A DNA stretch of 64,000 bases, from positions 8,042-72,041 of the forward strand of contig CAUJIP010000026.1 of the NCBI GenBank assembly GCA_963205235.1, read 5' to 3'. The notes under the pieces were generated by a model. It had not been told where the DNA came from and did not search any database. It saw only the letters and a program-made list of their open reading frames with translations. This document shows positions 36,197 through 44,413 of the stretch, piece by piece. Each line of letters opens with the position of its first letter. Positions within the stretch are counted from its first letter, which is position 1. The position numbers and the translations under genes are program-made. The stretch is from Pseudomonadota bacterium. Lineage in GTDB: Bacteria > Pseudomonadota > Alphaproteobacteria > Rhodobacterales > Rhodobacteraceae.

Positions 36197-37057
36197 ATGA
36201 CCGATAGCATGGACCACCGCAAGGCCATGGCCGCTCAGTGGTTCCGCACTTTGCGTGATCGCATTGTCGCGGCCTTCGAGGATATGGAGACGCGCTTTGC
36301 CCCCGCTGCGGCGGGCCGGTTCGAGGTGACGCCCACCACTCGCGCCGATGGTGGCGGCGGCATAATGAGCGTGATGCGCGGCGGGTCGGTATTTGAAAAG
36401 GTCGGAGTCAACTGGTCCGAGGTTCACGGGACGCTGGGCGAAAAGGCACAGCGCGCCATGGCCGCGCGCGGGGTGCCGGGCATGGACACCGACCCGCGCT
36501 TCTGGGCCAGCGGCATTTCGCTGGTGGCGCACATGGTCAACCCGCATACCCCTGCCGTCCACATGAACACCCGGATGTTCTGGACCCCCGGCGCCTGGTG
36601 GTTCGGCGGAGGCGCGGACCTGAACCCCTGCCTCGAATACCCCGACGATACCGCGCATTTCCACGGGCAGATGCAGCGTGCCTGCGACGCGCATTCCCCC
36701 GACTATTACCCCCGCTTCAAGGCCTGGGCGGACGAGTATTTCTTTGTCCCCCACCGGGGCCGCGCGCGGGGCGTGGGCGGAATCTTCTACGACGACTTGA
36801 ACACCGGCGACTGGGATGCCGATTTCGCCTTTACGAAGTCGGTGGGCGAGGCCTTCCTGCCCGCCTTCCTGCCCGTCACCGAACGCCGTCTGGGCACGCC
36901 GTCGTCCGAGGCGGATCGCGAGGCCCAGCTGATCCATCGCGGACTTTATGCCGAATACAACCTGGTCTACGACCGGGGCACCAAATTCGGGTTGGAAACC
37001 GGCCACAACGCCGATGCCGTGCTGATGAGCCTGCCGCCCATCGCCAAGTGGATCTGA
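36197..37057 (+). CDS. hemF: Oxygen-dependent coproporphyrinogen III oxidase
   Basis: FEKVGVNWSEVHG, SLVAHMVNPHTPAVHMNTR and GVGGIFYDDL motifs. 286 aa. Confidence 0.9.
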   Translation: MTDSMDHRKAMAAQWFRTLRDRIVAAFEDMETRFAPAAAGRFEVTPTTRADGGGGIMSVMRGGSVFEKVGVNWSEVHGTLGEKAQRAMAARGVPGMDTDPRFWASGISLVAHMVNPHTPAVHMNTRMFWTPGAWWFGGGADLNPCLEYPDDTAHFHGQMQRACDAHSPDYYPRFKAWADEYFFVPHRGRARGVGGIFYDDLNTGDWDADFAFTKSVGEAFLPAFLPVTERRLGTPSSEADREAQLIHRGLYAEYNLVYDRGTKFGLETGHNADAVLMSLPPIAKWI

Positions 37058-37070
37058 GGGGGATCTGGTC

Positions 37071-37685
37071 GTGGACCTGCCCGATCAGCTTGGCGCCTTC
37101 CTTCTGACCGCTTTGGTGATCGAGGTCACACCCGGCCCGAACATGGCATGGCTTGCCCTGCTTTCCGCTTCGGCAGGGCGTCGGGCCGGGCTTGCGGCGG
37201 TTTCGGGTGTCGCGCTTGGTCTGACCGTTCAGGCGATCCTTGCAGCCCTTGGAGTGGCCGCACTGGTCCAGCTTTGGCCGGGGTTGTTTCAGGCTCTGCA
37301 CTTTGCCGGTGTCGGTTTTCTGGTCTGGCTGGCCTGGCAAAGCTGGCGCGACGCCGCGACACCGGCGCATCACTTGCCCGGTGGCGGAGAGGGTGCATCA
37401 GATGGCTTTCGGCTGGGGCTGATCACCAACCTTCTGAACCCCAAGGCGGCGATCTTTTTTCTGACGATCCTGCCGGGGTTTCTGGTCGCAACCGATAGCG
37501 TTGGGGACGTGCTCTTGCTTTCGGCGATCTATCTTGGCATCGCAACGCTTGTGCATCTGATCATCGCCCTTGCCGCCGGCGGGCTTCGTCCGTGGCTGGC
37601 GGATCCGGCAGTGTCGGTCTGGATGCACCGGTTTCAGGCCGTCGCGCTTGTCTTGGTCGCGATCTGGCTTTTGGGGAAAGGATAA
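37071..37685 (+). CDS. LysE/RhtB family amino-acid efflux translocator
   Basis: GTG start. TPGPNMAWL motif and about 6 hydrophobic segments. 204 aa. Confidence 0.8.
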   Translation: MDLPDQLGAFLLTALVIEVTPGPNMAWLALLSASAGRRAGLAAVSGVALGLTVQAILAALGVAALVQLWPGLFQALHFAGVGFLVWLAWQSWRDAATPAHHLPGGGEGASDGFRLGLITNLLNPKAAIFFLTILPGFLVATDSVGDVLLLSAIYLGIATLVHLIIALAAGGLRPWLADPAVSVWMHRFQAVALVLVAIWLLGKG

Positions 37686-37690
37686 GTCGC

Positions 37691-38044
37691 ATGGCCGACA
37701 TCACTGTGAAAGCCGCCTATGGCTCGGTCGTCGAGGATGAGGGGTTCCTGTTCATCGGCTTTGCCGAGGGCGAGGAGGAGGACGAGGGCTATGTCCTGTT
37801 CCGCCAGCCCATGGAGGGCGGGCCAGTCTGGTTCGAGGTGAATGACGAAGGGTTCGGTGCCGAGGAGGCGGTGGACCGCGTCACCGCCGGGCCGAAGGGG
37901 ATTGAGATCGCGCTGAAGCCGGACATGGCGGCAAAGTTCGGCTGGGCAACTTCGGTCGCCGTGCGGATCGGGCCGGGCACCGAAGACGCGGACGATGCAT
38001 TGGCGGCGCTGGCCGCGATGCTTGGCCCCCGTTGGCAGGCATAG
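37691..38044 (+). CDS. Small acidic hypothetical protein
   Basis: Start trimmed to MADITVKAAYGSVVEDEGFLFIGFAEGEEEDEGYVLFRQP...VWFEVNDEGFG. 117 aa, no signal peptide. Confidence 0.6.
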   Translation: MADITVKAAYGSVVEDEGFLFIGFAEGEEEDEGYVLFRQPMEGGPVWFEVNDEGFGAEEAVDRVTAGPKGIEIALKPDMAAKFGWATSVAVRIGPGTEDADDALAALAAMLGPRWQA

Positions 38045-38051
38045 GGAGAAC

Positions 38052-39467
38052 ATGCCGATGTCGCTGACCGATGAACTTGCCGCCGCGATCGGGGCTGCGA
38101 ATGTCCTGACCGGCGGGGACATGGCCCGTTATGGCCGCGACTGGATGGGCTGGTACGAAGGTGCGCCCATTGCCGTCGCCCGTCCCGGTTCAACGGATGA
38201 GGTCGCTGCCTGCCTTCGGATAGCGGCCAGCCACAAGCTGCCGGTCGTGCCGATTTCGGGCAATACCGGGCTGGTCGGCGGAACCCATACGGACGGCGGG
38301 CTGATGATCAGCCTGGAACGGATGAACCGCATCCGCGCCATCAAGCGCGAGGCAAAGCTGGTGGTGGCCGAAGCCGGGGTGATCCTGTCGCGCCTGCATG
38401 ATGCAGCCGAGGCCGAGGGGTTGTATTTCCCCCTGTGGTTTGGCGCGCGGGGGTCCGCGATGCTGGGCGGGGCCTTGTCCACCAATGCGGGCGGGTCAAA
38501 CGTGCTGCGCTATGGCTCGACCCGCGGTCTGTGTCTGGGGCTGGAGGTGGTTCTGGCCGATGGCCGCGTGTTGAACCTGATGAGCGAGTTGCACAAGGAC
38601 AACTCCGGCTACGACCTGAAGTCCCTGTTCATCGGGGCGGAAGGCACGCTGGGCATCATCACGGCAGCGGTGATGAAACTGGTCCCGGCGCCCCGCGCCC
38701 ATGCGACGGCGGTTCTGGCGGTGCGGACGCTGGCCGATGCGCTGCTCCTCTTGAACCGAATGCAAGAGGCGACCGGGGGTCGGGTCGAGGCGTTTGAATT
38801 CATGCCCCGGACCTATTCCGAACGGTTGCAGGTGGTACGCCCCGATCTGGGCCTGCCATTCGACCATATCCCCGAAGTCACCATCCTGATCGAGGTCGCA
38901 ACCACCGTTCCGGCGGAAGCGGCGCCCGATGACACCGGCGAAATCCCCCTGGTCGCCGTTCTGGAAGGCGTCCTGGCCGAGATGATGGAGACCGGATTGA
39001 TCACCGACGCCGTCCTTGCCCGGTCAGAAGCGCAGCGCCGGGCAATCTGGGCGCGGCGTGAGGCGGCGGCAGAGATTGCGGTGGGCCTGGTGCCCGAGGT
39101 CGACACCGATGTCGCGGTGCCTCTGGACAAGGTCGAAGTCTTCCTGGCCGAGGCGCTGCAGCGGCTAGAGGCGATGGACCCCGGCGCGCGGACGTTGACC
39201 GTTGCGCATATGGGCGACGGAAACCTGCATTTCGCGGCCTATCCGACCCACGACGATGAGGGACTGAAGGACCGCGTGCGCGAGATGGTCGAGGATATCG
39301 TCCAGGATCTTGGCGGCAGCTTTTCCGCCGAGCATGGGGTCGGGCTGTCGAAACTGCCGTCGATGCGGCGACGCAAGGACCCGGTGGCTCTTGACGTCAT
39401 GCGGTCTATCAAGGCGGCGCTTGACCCCGAAGGACGGATGAACCCCGGCAAGGTCATTCCGGACTGA
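38052..39467 (+). CDS. FAD-binding oxidoreductase (GlcD / D-2-hydroxyacid dehydrogenase family)
   Basis: Start trimmed to MPMSLTDELAAAIG. FAD_binding_4-type region PVVPISGNTGLVGG. C-terminus HGVGLSKL...LDPEGRMNPGKV. Confidence 0.8.
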   Translation: MPMSLTDELAAAIGAANVLTGGDMARYGRDWMGWYEGAPIAVARPGSTDEVAACLRIAASHKLPVVPISGNTGLVGGTHTDGGLMISLERMNRIRAIKREAKLVVAEAGVILSRLHDAAEAEGLYFPLWFGARGSAMLGGALSTNAGGSNVLRYGSTRGLCLGLEVVLADGRVLNLMSELHKDNSGYDLKSLFIGAEGTLGIITAAVMKLVPAPRAHATAVLAVRTLADALLLLNRMQEATGGRVEAFEFMPRTYSERLQVVRPDLGLPFDHIPEVTILIEVATTVPAEAAPDDTGEIPLVAVLEGVLAEMMETGLITDAVLARSEAQRRAIWARREAAAEIAVGLVPEVDTDVAVPLDKVEVFLAEALQRLEAMDPGARTLTVAHMGDGNLHFAAYPTHDDEGLKDRVREMVEDIVQDLGGSFSAEHGVGLSKLPSMRRRKDPVALDVMRSIKAALDPEGRMNPGKVIPD

Positions 39468-39504
39468 CGCCGCCATTCTTGCGCCCGTCCGGTGGCTGCC
39501 GGGG

Positions 39505-41586
39505 TCAATCCCCGGCAACCGTCCGAACCTCAAGCTGCAGGATCGCCGGTCCTGGGCCATTGTCGTCGCCTTCCGGCGTCAGGCCGATTGCCCCGCGCGT
39601 GGTTTCGCCAAAGCCAGCCTCGGTCAGTGCATCGCCAAAGCCTGAACCGCCGATGTTCCGGGTCGGGTCCACTGCGTCCTGCGCCAGATAGCTCAGGTCT
39701 TCGACCGGGCTTTGCTTTTTGGCAGGCGTCATGATCACAAGCATCCGTTCTTGGCCCAGTACGTCGTCCGATATCTTGAACAAGCCTTGTTCCAGCGTGT
39801 CGCCCGGCTGCAACCGACCCGAGAACCAGTGGCTGATCGACCAGTCCGCGCCAACATAGAGGACGTTCACATCGACCGGCCCGTCCGTGTTGTTGCGCGC
39901 CAGCACATGCACCTCGTCATCGGTCACCAGCGTCGGCACCGGGACCAAGGGCAGTTCGCGCAGATCCTCGTCGGGTCCGGCACGGGTTTGCATCGCGACC
40001 TCGACATCCAGACCCTCTGATCCGACGGCCGCGCCCAGTTTCAGAAGGTTCTGGGCCCGGGCGATCTTGGTCAATGTGTCGGACAGGGCCTCGGCCAGTT
40101 CGGTTGCATCCTTGTCTTCAGTCGAGACGGAAGGCGTGAAACCACCCTCATCGGCCAGACCGGTGGAAGGCAGGATCCAGATCGCATCGGGGCGGTCGCT
40201 GTCGGGCAGGACGGCAAGATGCAGGTCGGCGTCCTGATCGGATTTGACAAAGTTCAGGCGGGGGCCGGTAAGTTCGGTCAGCTCGTCCAGGGCCGCGACC
40301 AGCGCCTCGGCCGGGGCAGACCCTTCGGGGGGCAGCGCAACCGTCAGGGTAAAATCAAGCGACTCGTCCAGTTTGCGCAGGGTTACGCCCTTCGGCAATT
40401 CGGCGGGCAGTGTCTTGCCATCCTTGTCAATTGGTTGCCCGGTGGACGAGAAGGTGTCGACCGAAACCAGTTCCACATAGCCAAGTGCGGCGGAATCCTC
40501 ATCGGCAGCCGTTGCCATGACGGCCAGTACAGCGCCTTCGGACAGACCGTGCAACGTACCTGCCGGAATCACCAGACCGGCGTCCCCGGATTCGGCCTGC
40601 CATTGCCGCACGCGGTCGCCGCCTTCGCCAGAAAAGACCACCTGATCCAGATCGCCTTCGAAAAGCGGAGTCGACCGGGCAAGATTCTTGACCGAATAGC
40701 GGCGCAGGACTTCCTGCCCGATCTGGCCATAGGTGGCACCAGGGTATTCGGCCAGAACCTCCATCAGAGTATAGGTGAAAACACCTTGCGGCTTGCGGTC
40801 AGGTTCGCCGCGCGGCAGTTTTTTCTCGGGCGTGACTTCGTTGGTCTGGGCAGCGAAGAAGGCGACGAAACTGCCGTCCTCGGTGCCCCCGTCAAAGGGT
40901 GCGTCAGCCTGGGCTTCCTGCTCTCCGATCGACCGGCTGGCGACTTCTTCGATCATCTCGGGGTCGATCCCCAAGGCCTCGGGCGGAAGCTGGCGCATCA
41001 GGACTTCGTCATCGGCCAGTTCGACCGAACGGGTGGCGGTGCCGGAATGGCAGCTGTCGAAGACCGCCCAGACATTGGCCCCCTTGCCCCGCAGATCGTC
41101 TATCATCTGACCGATTTCGTCATCGACCAGGCTGTTTTCCACCGTACCTGCCTTGTCCGACCAGGGCCCGATGTCGCGGGGCAGGAAAATCTCGTCCAGC
41201 CCGTCAAGCTCGGTCGAAGGGTCCAGCGCGGGGGATTGCGAGCCGTGGCCCGAAAAATGCAGATAGACAAAGTCGCCGGGCTGCACTTCGGCGGTCAGGT
41301 CGGAAAAGGCGGTGCGGATCGCGGCAAGGGTCGGGTCCTTGGACCCTTCCACCCCGTCGGACAGCACGGTGACATTTTCGGGCAGGAAGGGCACCGGGGC
41401 TTCGGTGGTCAGGTATTGCGCGACAAGGGCGACGTCATTGCCGGGGCCTTTCAGCCACCACCGCTGTTCAAGGCTGGGATAGTCATTGACCCCGATCAGC
41501 AGCGCATAGTTTTCCCGCGCCAGCGCAGGCAGCGCGACCATCGCGGGCAGCACGAGTATTGCCGAAGAGAGAAGTTTGCGCAGCAT
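39505..41586 (-). CDS. Exported caspase-fold (peptidase C14) protein with a ~400-aa C-terminal extension
   Basis: Signal peptide MLRKLLSSAILVLPAMVALPALA. YALLIGVNDY, catalytic His in YLHFSGHGSQ and catalytic Cys in VFDSCHSGT. 693 aa. Confidence 0.8.
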   Translation of the reverse strand: MLRKLLSSAILVLPAMVALPALARENYALLIGVNDYPSLEQRWWLKGPGNDVALVAQYLTTEAPVPFLPENVTVLSDGVEGSKDPTLAAIRTAFSDLTAEVQPGDFVYLHFSGHGSQSPALDPSTELDGLDEIFLPRDIGPWSDKAGTVENSLVDDEIGQMIDDLRGKGANVWAVFDSCHSGTATRSVELADDEVLMRQLPPEALGIDPEMIEEVASRSIGEQEAQADAPFDGGTEDGSFVAFFAAQTNEVTPEKKLPRGEPDRKPQGVFTYTLMEVLAEYPGATYGQIGQEVLRRYSVKNLARSTPLFEGDLDQVVFSGEGGDRVRQWQAESGDAGLVIPAGTLHGLSEGAVLAVMATAADEDSAALGYVELVSVDTFSSTGQPIDKDGKTLPAELPKGVTLRKLDESLDFTLTVALPPEGSAPAEALVAALDELTELTGPRLNFVKSDQDADLHLAVLPDSDRPDAIWILPSTGLADEGGFTPSVSTEDKDATELAEALSDTLTKIARAQNLLKLGAAVGSEGLDVEVAMQTRAGPDEDLRELPLVPVPTLVTDDEVHVLARNNTDGPVDVNVLYVGADWSISHWFSGRLQPGDTLEQGLFKISDDVLGQERMLVIMTPAKKQSPVEDLSYLAQDAVDPTRNIGGSGFGDALTEAGFGETTRGAIGLTPEGDDNGPGPAILQLEVRTVAGD

Positions 41587-41605
41587 GGTCAGCCCCCCAC
41601 CACAG

Positions 41606-42229
41606 TCAGTTCGTCATCAGTGCATAGGACGCCGATACCGGGCCCTTGTTTTCGATCTTGAGCGTGAATGTCCCGGCCTCTGCCGGGGTCCAGCCGCAAT
41701 AAGCTATGAAGGAAATATCGGTGTCGGAACAAACCAGCCGGCCCGCGGCATCAAGCACCATCAGGTTGAGGTCGGTCGTGTCCTTTGCCTCGACATACAC
41801 TTCGGCATATTCGCCGGCCCGAAACTCGATCGGGGGATAGGTGTCTGCCCCGCCATTCGCCAACGAGCCGATATTGTAGACCGGGCCGGTGGCGACACCC
41901 TTGGTCGTTTCGTCCCTGGCGTCCGCGATCAGGCCAAGAAGCGCGGCGTCATCCCCTGCAAGGGTTTCTGCGCTGGCCAGCATCTCTTCCCAAGTCAGGG
42001 GTGCACCTTCACCCGCCGTGCCGTCAATGGCAGCGCGGTCAGTCACTTCGGGCGCGATTTCCTTGCGGATCCGGGCGGCAGACAGGATGAGAAGCGGGTC
42101 ACCCTGCGCCAGGCCCGTTGCGTAAAGCCGGGCCGAAAGTTCGGCCAGTTGCACCGGGGTACCGGGTTCGGCCATGGCCGGAAGGGCAAGGGCGACTAGA
42201 GTGGAAGCAAGAAGAAGGCAGCGCATCAT
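41606..42229 (-). CDS. Secreted hypothetical protein with a PPC-like (pre-peptidase C-terminal type) beta-sandwich tail
   Basis: Only the last 207 codons of track ORF 41606-44458 are used. Signal peptide MMRCLLLASTLVALALPAMA. Tail reads GEYAEVYVEAKDTTDLNLMVLDAAGRLVCSDTD...GTFTLKIENKGPVSASYALM. Lies 19 bp upstream of the caspase-like gene. Confidence 0.65.
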   Translation of the reverse strand: MMRCLLLASTLVALALPAMAEPGTPVQLAELSARLYATGLAQGDPLLILSAARIRKEIAPEVTDRAAIDGTAGEGAPLTWEEMLASAETLAGDDAALLGLIADARDETTKGVATGPVYNIGSLANGGADTYPPIEFRAGEYAEVYVEAKDTTDLNLMVLDAAGRLVCSDTDISFIAYCGWTPAEAGTFTLKIENKGPVSASYALMTN

Positions 42230-42298
42230 GATCCCGGAGTTGCGGCGATTGTCCTGAGCATGCTGTGCGGCTTCTTGCCTGTAAATGCTCGATTTCTT

Positions 42299-42317
42299 CA
42301 TGACGACCTTTGTCATG
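42299..42317. promoter_or_regulatory. Palindrome CATGAC-N7-GTCATG in the divergent promoter region
   Basis: catgacgacctttgtcatg lies between the 41606-42229 gene and the HtrA-like gene. No known regulator is assigned. Confidence 0.3.
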
Positions 42318-42376
42318 TGCCCTTGTTCCCCGGGCCTGTTAGCAAACCGGCAATGAGGCAGGAAAAGGAGACCGCA

Positions 42377-43705
42377 ATGCGGTTCAAGTCTGACAGGAAA
42401 GTTTGGCGCTGGCTTCCCCATGGCGAGGATGTGCTGGCGGCACTTCTGGTTCTTGTGCTTGCGCTGGTGGTCAGTTCGGCGACAGCGTCCCCCCTGGACA
42501 AGGCAATGGACAAAGTCCTGACCGTACGCAGCGCGGATGGCGAGGATCGGTTCCTGGGATCGGCCTTCATCTGGGCCGATGGCACGGTCGCGGTAACGAA
42601 TGCCCATGTCGTGGGCGAAGCGGAAGAGGTGCGGCTGATCAACCGGGATGGGGTCGAGGAAACCGCGCTGGTGATTGCAAGCGATCCGGTGCGCGATGTG
42701 GCGGTGATCTCTATCACCCCCGGTCGTGAGGGGCTTGTGCTGGCGGATGCGGCACCAGAGCTGGGCGATGAAGTCTTTGCGCTGGGGGCGCCATTGGGCG
42801 TGGAGTTCACCCTGACCGAAGGGCTGATTTCGGCCACCGAACGGCAGGTCGACATCACAGTGCCGCTGATGCTGTTGCAGCATGATGCAGCGGTGAATCC
42901 GGGGTCCTCGGGTGGCCCGCTGGTCGATGCAGACGGGCTGCTTCTGGGCATGAACAGCCAGATTGCCGATGGCAGCCGGATGTTCGTGGGGATTGCCTAT
43001 GCGATTTCCGCCGCAGATCTTGACCGGATCGTGACCGGGCTGATCGACGAAACCCTTGTGCCTTATCCGCACCTTGGCCTGTCTGCCCGCGCCGTTGACC
43101 TTAAGGTCGCCGATGCGCTGGGGGTTGAACCGGGCGGCATGCTGATCGACGCGGTCGCACCCAAGGGCCTTGCCGAGAATTCGGGCCTGTTGGCGGGCGA
43201 CATCATTACCGGTGTAGACGGGACCGCCTTGACCGAAGCCGGCGATCTTGCCTTTGCCTTCGAAGGTGCGCTGGAAACGGGCGAGGTAATGCTGGATATC
43301 CTGCGTCAACACGAAAGCGTTGAGGTCACGCTGGCTCTTGCCGCAGTTGAAGACGAAGGCGGTACTGTCCTGCGGCAGATTGGCGGGAACGCCGCCCCGG
43401 CCATGGTGCAATCCTACAGCCTTGCCGGGCTTGGGATCGTCCTGGATGAAAGCGGCACCGTCACCGATTTGACCATGAACTCCCCCGCCGCGGATGCAGG
43501 TCTTGCCTTGGGCGACAAGATCCTGACCGTGAACGGCGACGAGGTCGACCTTGCGACCTTTGAACTGACCGGACCGGCTCTGATTCTGGTCCAGGCTCGG
43601 GGTGGGGTCACGCGACACCTGCGGCTTGATCCCTGGACCCCAAGTGACGGAGTTCGGCCGGTTGGCGGGGCGAATGTGCTTGACCCGGCCGTGGTCGTGT
43701 TCTGA
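42377..43705 (+). CDS. S1C (HtrA/DegP-like) serine protease with two PDZ-like regions
   Basis: Start trimmed to MRFKSDRK, preceded by ggaaaaggag. TM anchor ALLVLVLALVV. Triad contexts TNAHVV, RDVAVI and NPGSSGGPL. Confidence 0.85.
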   Translation: MRFKSDRKVWRWLPHGEDVLAALLVLVLALVVSSATASPLDKAMDKVLTVRSADGEDRFLGSAFIWADGTVAVTNAHVVGEAEEVRLINRDGVEETALVIASDPVRDVAVISITPGREGLVLADAAPELGDEVFALGAPLGVEFTLTEGLISATERQVDITVPLMLLQHDAAVNPGSSGGPLVDADGLLLGMNSQIADGSRMFVGIAYAISAADLDRIVTGLIDETLVPYPHLGLSARAVDLKVADALGVEPGGMLIDAVAPKGLAENSGLLAGDIITGVDGTALTEAGDLAFAFEGALETGEVMLDILRQHESVEVTLALAAVEDEGGTVLRQIGGNAAPAMVQSYSLAGLGIVLDESGTVTDLTMNSPAADAGLALGDKILTVNGDEVDLATFELTGPALILVQARGGVTRHLRLDPWTPSDGVRPVGGANVLDPAVVVF

Positions 43706-43714
43706 ACTGGGGCC

Positions 43715-44413
43715 ATGGGAATGGACGAACGCATCCTGATCGTCGAGGACGACGCCGAGACCGCCGCCGCCGTGCGGGCGGAGGTCGAGGCCTTGGGTTG
43801 CTCGGTCGACCATTGTGACACGCTGGAGGCGGGCGTGGCGGCGGCTATAAGCACCCCCTACAAGGTCATCGTGCTGGACCGCATGCTTCCCGGCGGCGAC
43901 GGGGTCGAGGCGATGGCGCGGATCAGGGCGGGCGGGTCGACCGCGTTGATCCTGATCCTGTCCGCCTTGGGCCGCGCCGCGAACCGGGTCGAGGGGCTGG
44001 AAAAGGGGGCGGATGACTATCTGCCCAAGCCCTTTGAACCGGATGAGTTGCGCGCCCGTTTGCGCGCGCTGTTGCGCCGGGGCACGATGCAGGTTCTGGA
44101 CAATGACCTGCTGGCCTTTGGCGATCTGGAGATTCGGATGAAGGCGCGGACAGTGCATGTCAAACGCGCCCATGTCGCCGTCAGCCCCAAGGAGTTTGAG
44201 CTGATCACCTATTTCGCCCGCAACGCCGGGCAAGTGGTCACGCGGATGCAGCTTTTGGAAAACGTCTGGAACCTGCATTTTGACCCCGGCACCAATGTCG
44301 TCGACGTCCATGTCGGGCGACTGCGCCGCAAGTTGGAGGATGCAGGGTCCCCCGCGATCCAGACCGCCCGGGGCGAGGGGTATATCTTCTTTCCCAAGGT
44401 CACGGCGGGGTGA
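43715..44413 (+). CDS. OmpR/PhoB-family response regulator
   Basis: Receiver domain ILIVEDD...VIVLDRMLPGGDG...KPF, then a winged-helix domain (LSPKEFELITYF...RGEGY). Confidence 0.9.
   Translation: MGMDERILIVEDDAETAAAVRAEVEALGCSVDHCDTLEAGVAAAISTPYKVIVLDRMLPGGDGVEAMARIRAGGSTALILILSALGRAANRVEGLEKGADDYLPKPFEPDELRARLRALLRRGTMQVLDNDLLAFGDLEIRMKARTVHVKRAHVAVSPKEFELITYFARNAGQVVTRMQLLENVWNLHFDPGTNVVDVHVGRLRRKLEDAGSPAIQTARGEGYIFFPKVTAG

Noticed and set aside
40219-41661. 480-aa plus-strand ORF
   Set aside because: Antisense to the caspase-like gene. No motifs, and a Gly/Arg/Gln-rich composition.
41606-42229. Idea that the 207-aa protein is a gasdermin-like pore former cleaved by the adjacent caspase-like protease
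   Set aside because: It has a cleavable Sec signal peptide and a PPC-like C-terminus, and it is shorter than bacterial gasdermins as I recall them. Both proteins are predicted to be exported, unlike the cytoplasmic gasdermin-protease pairs.
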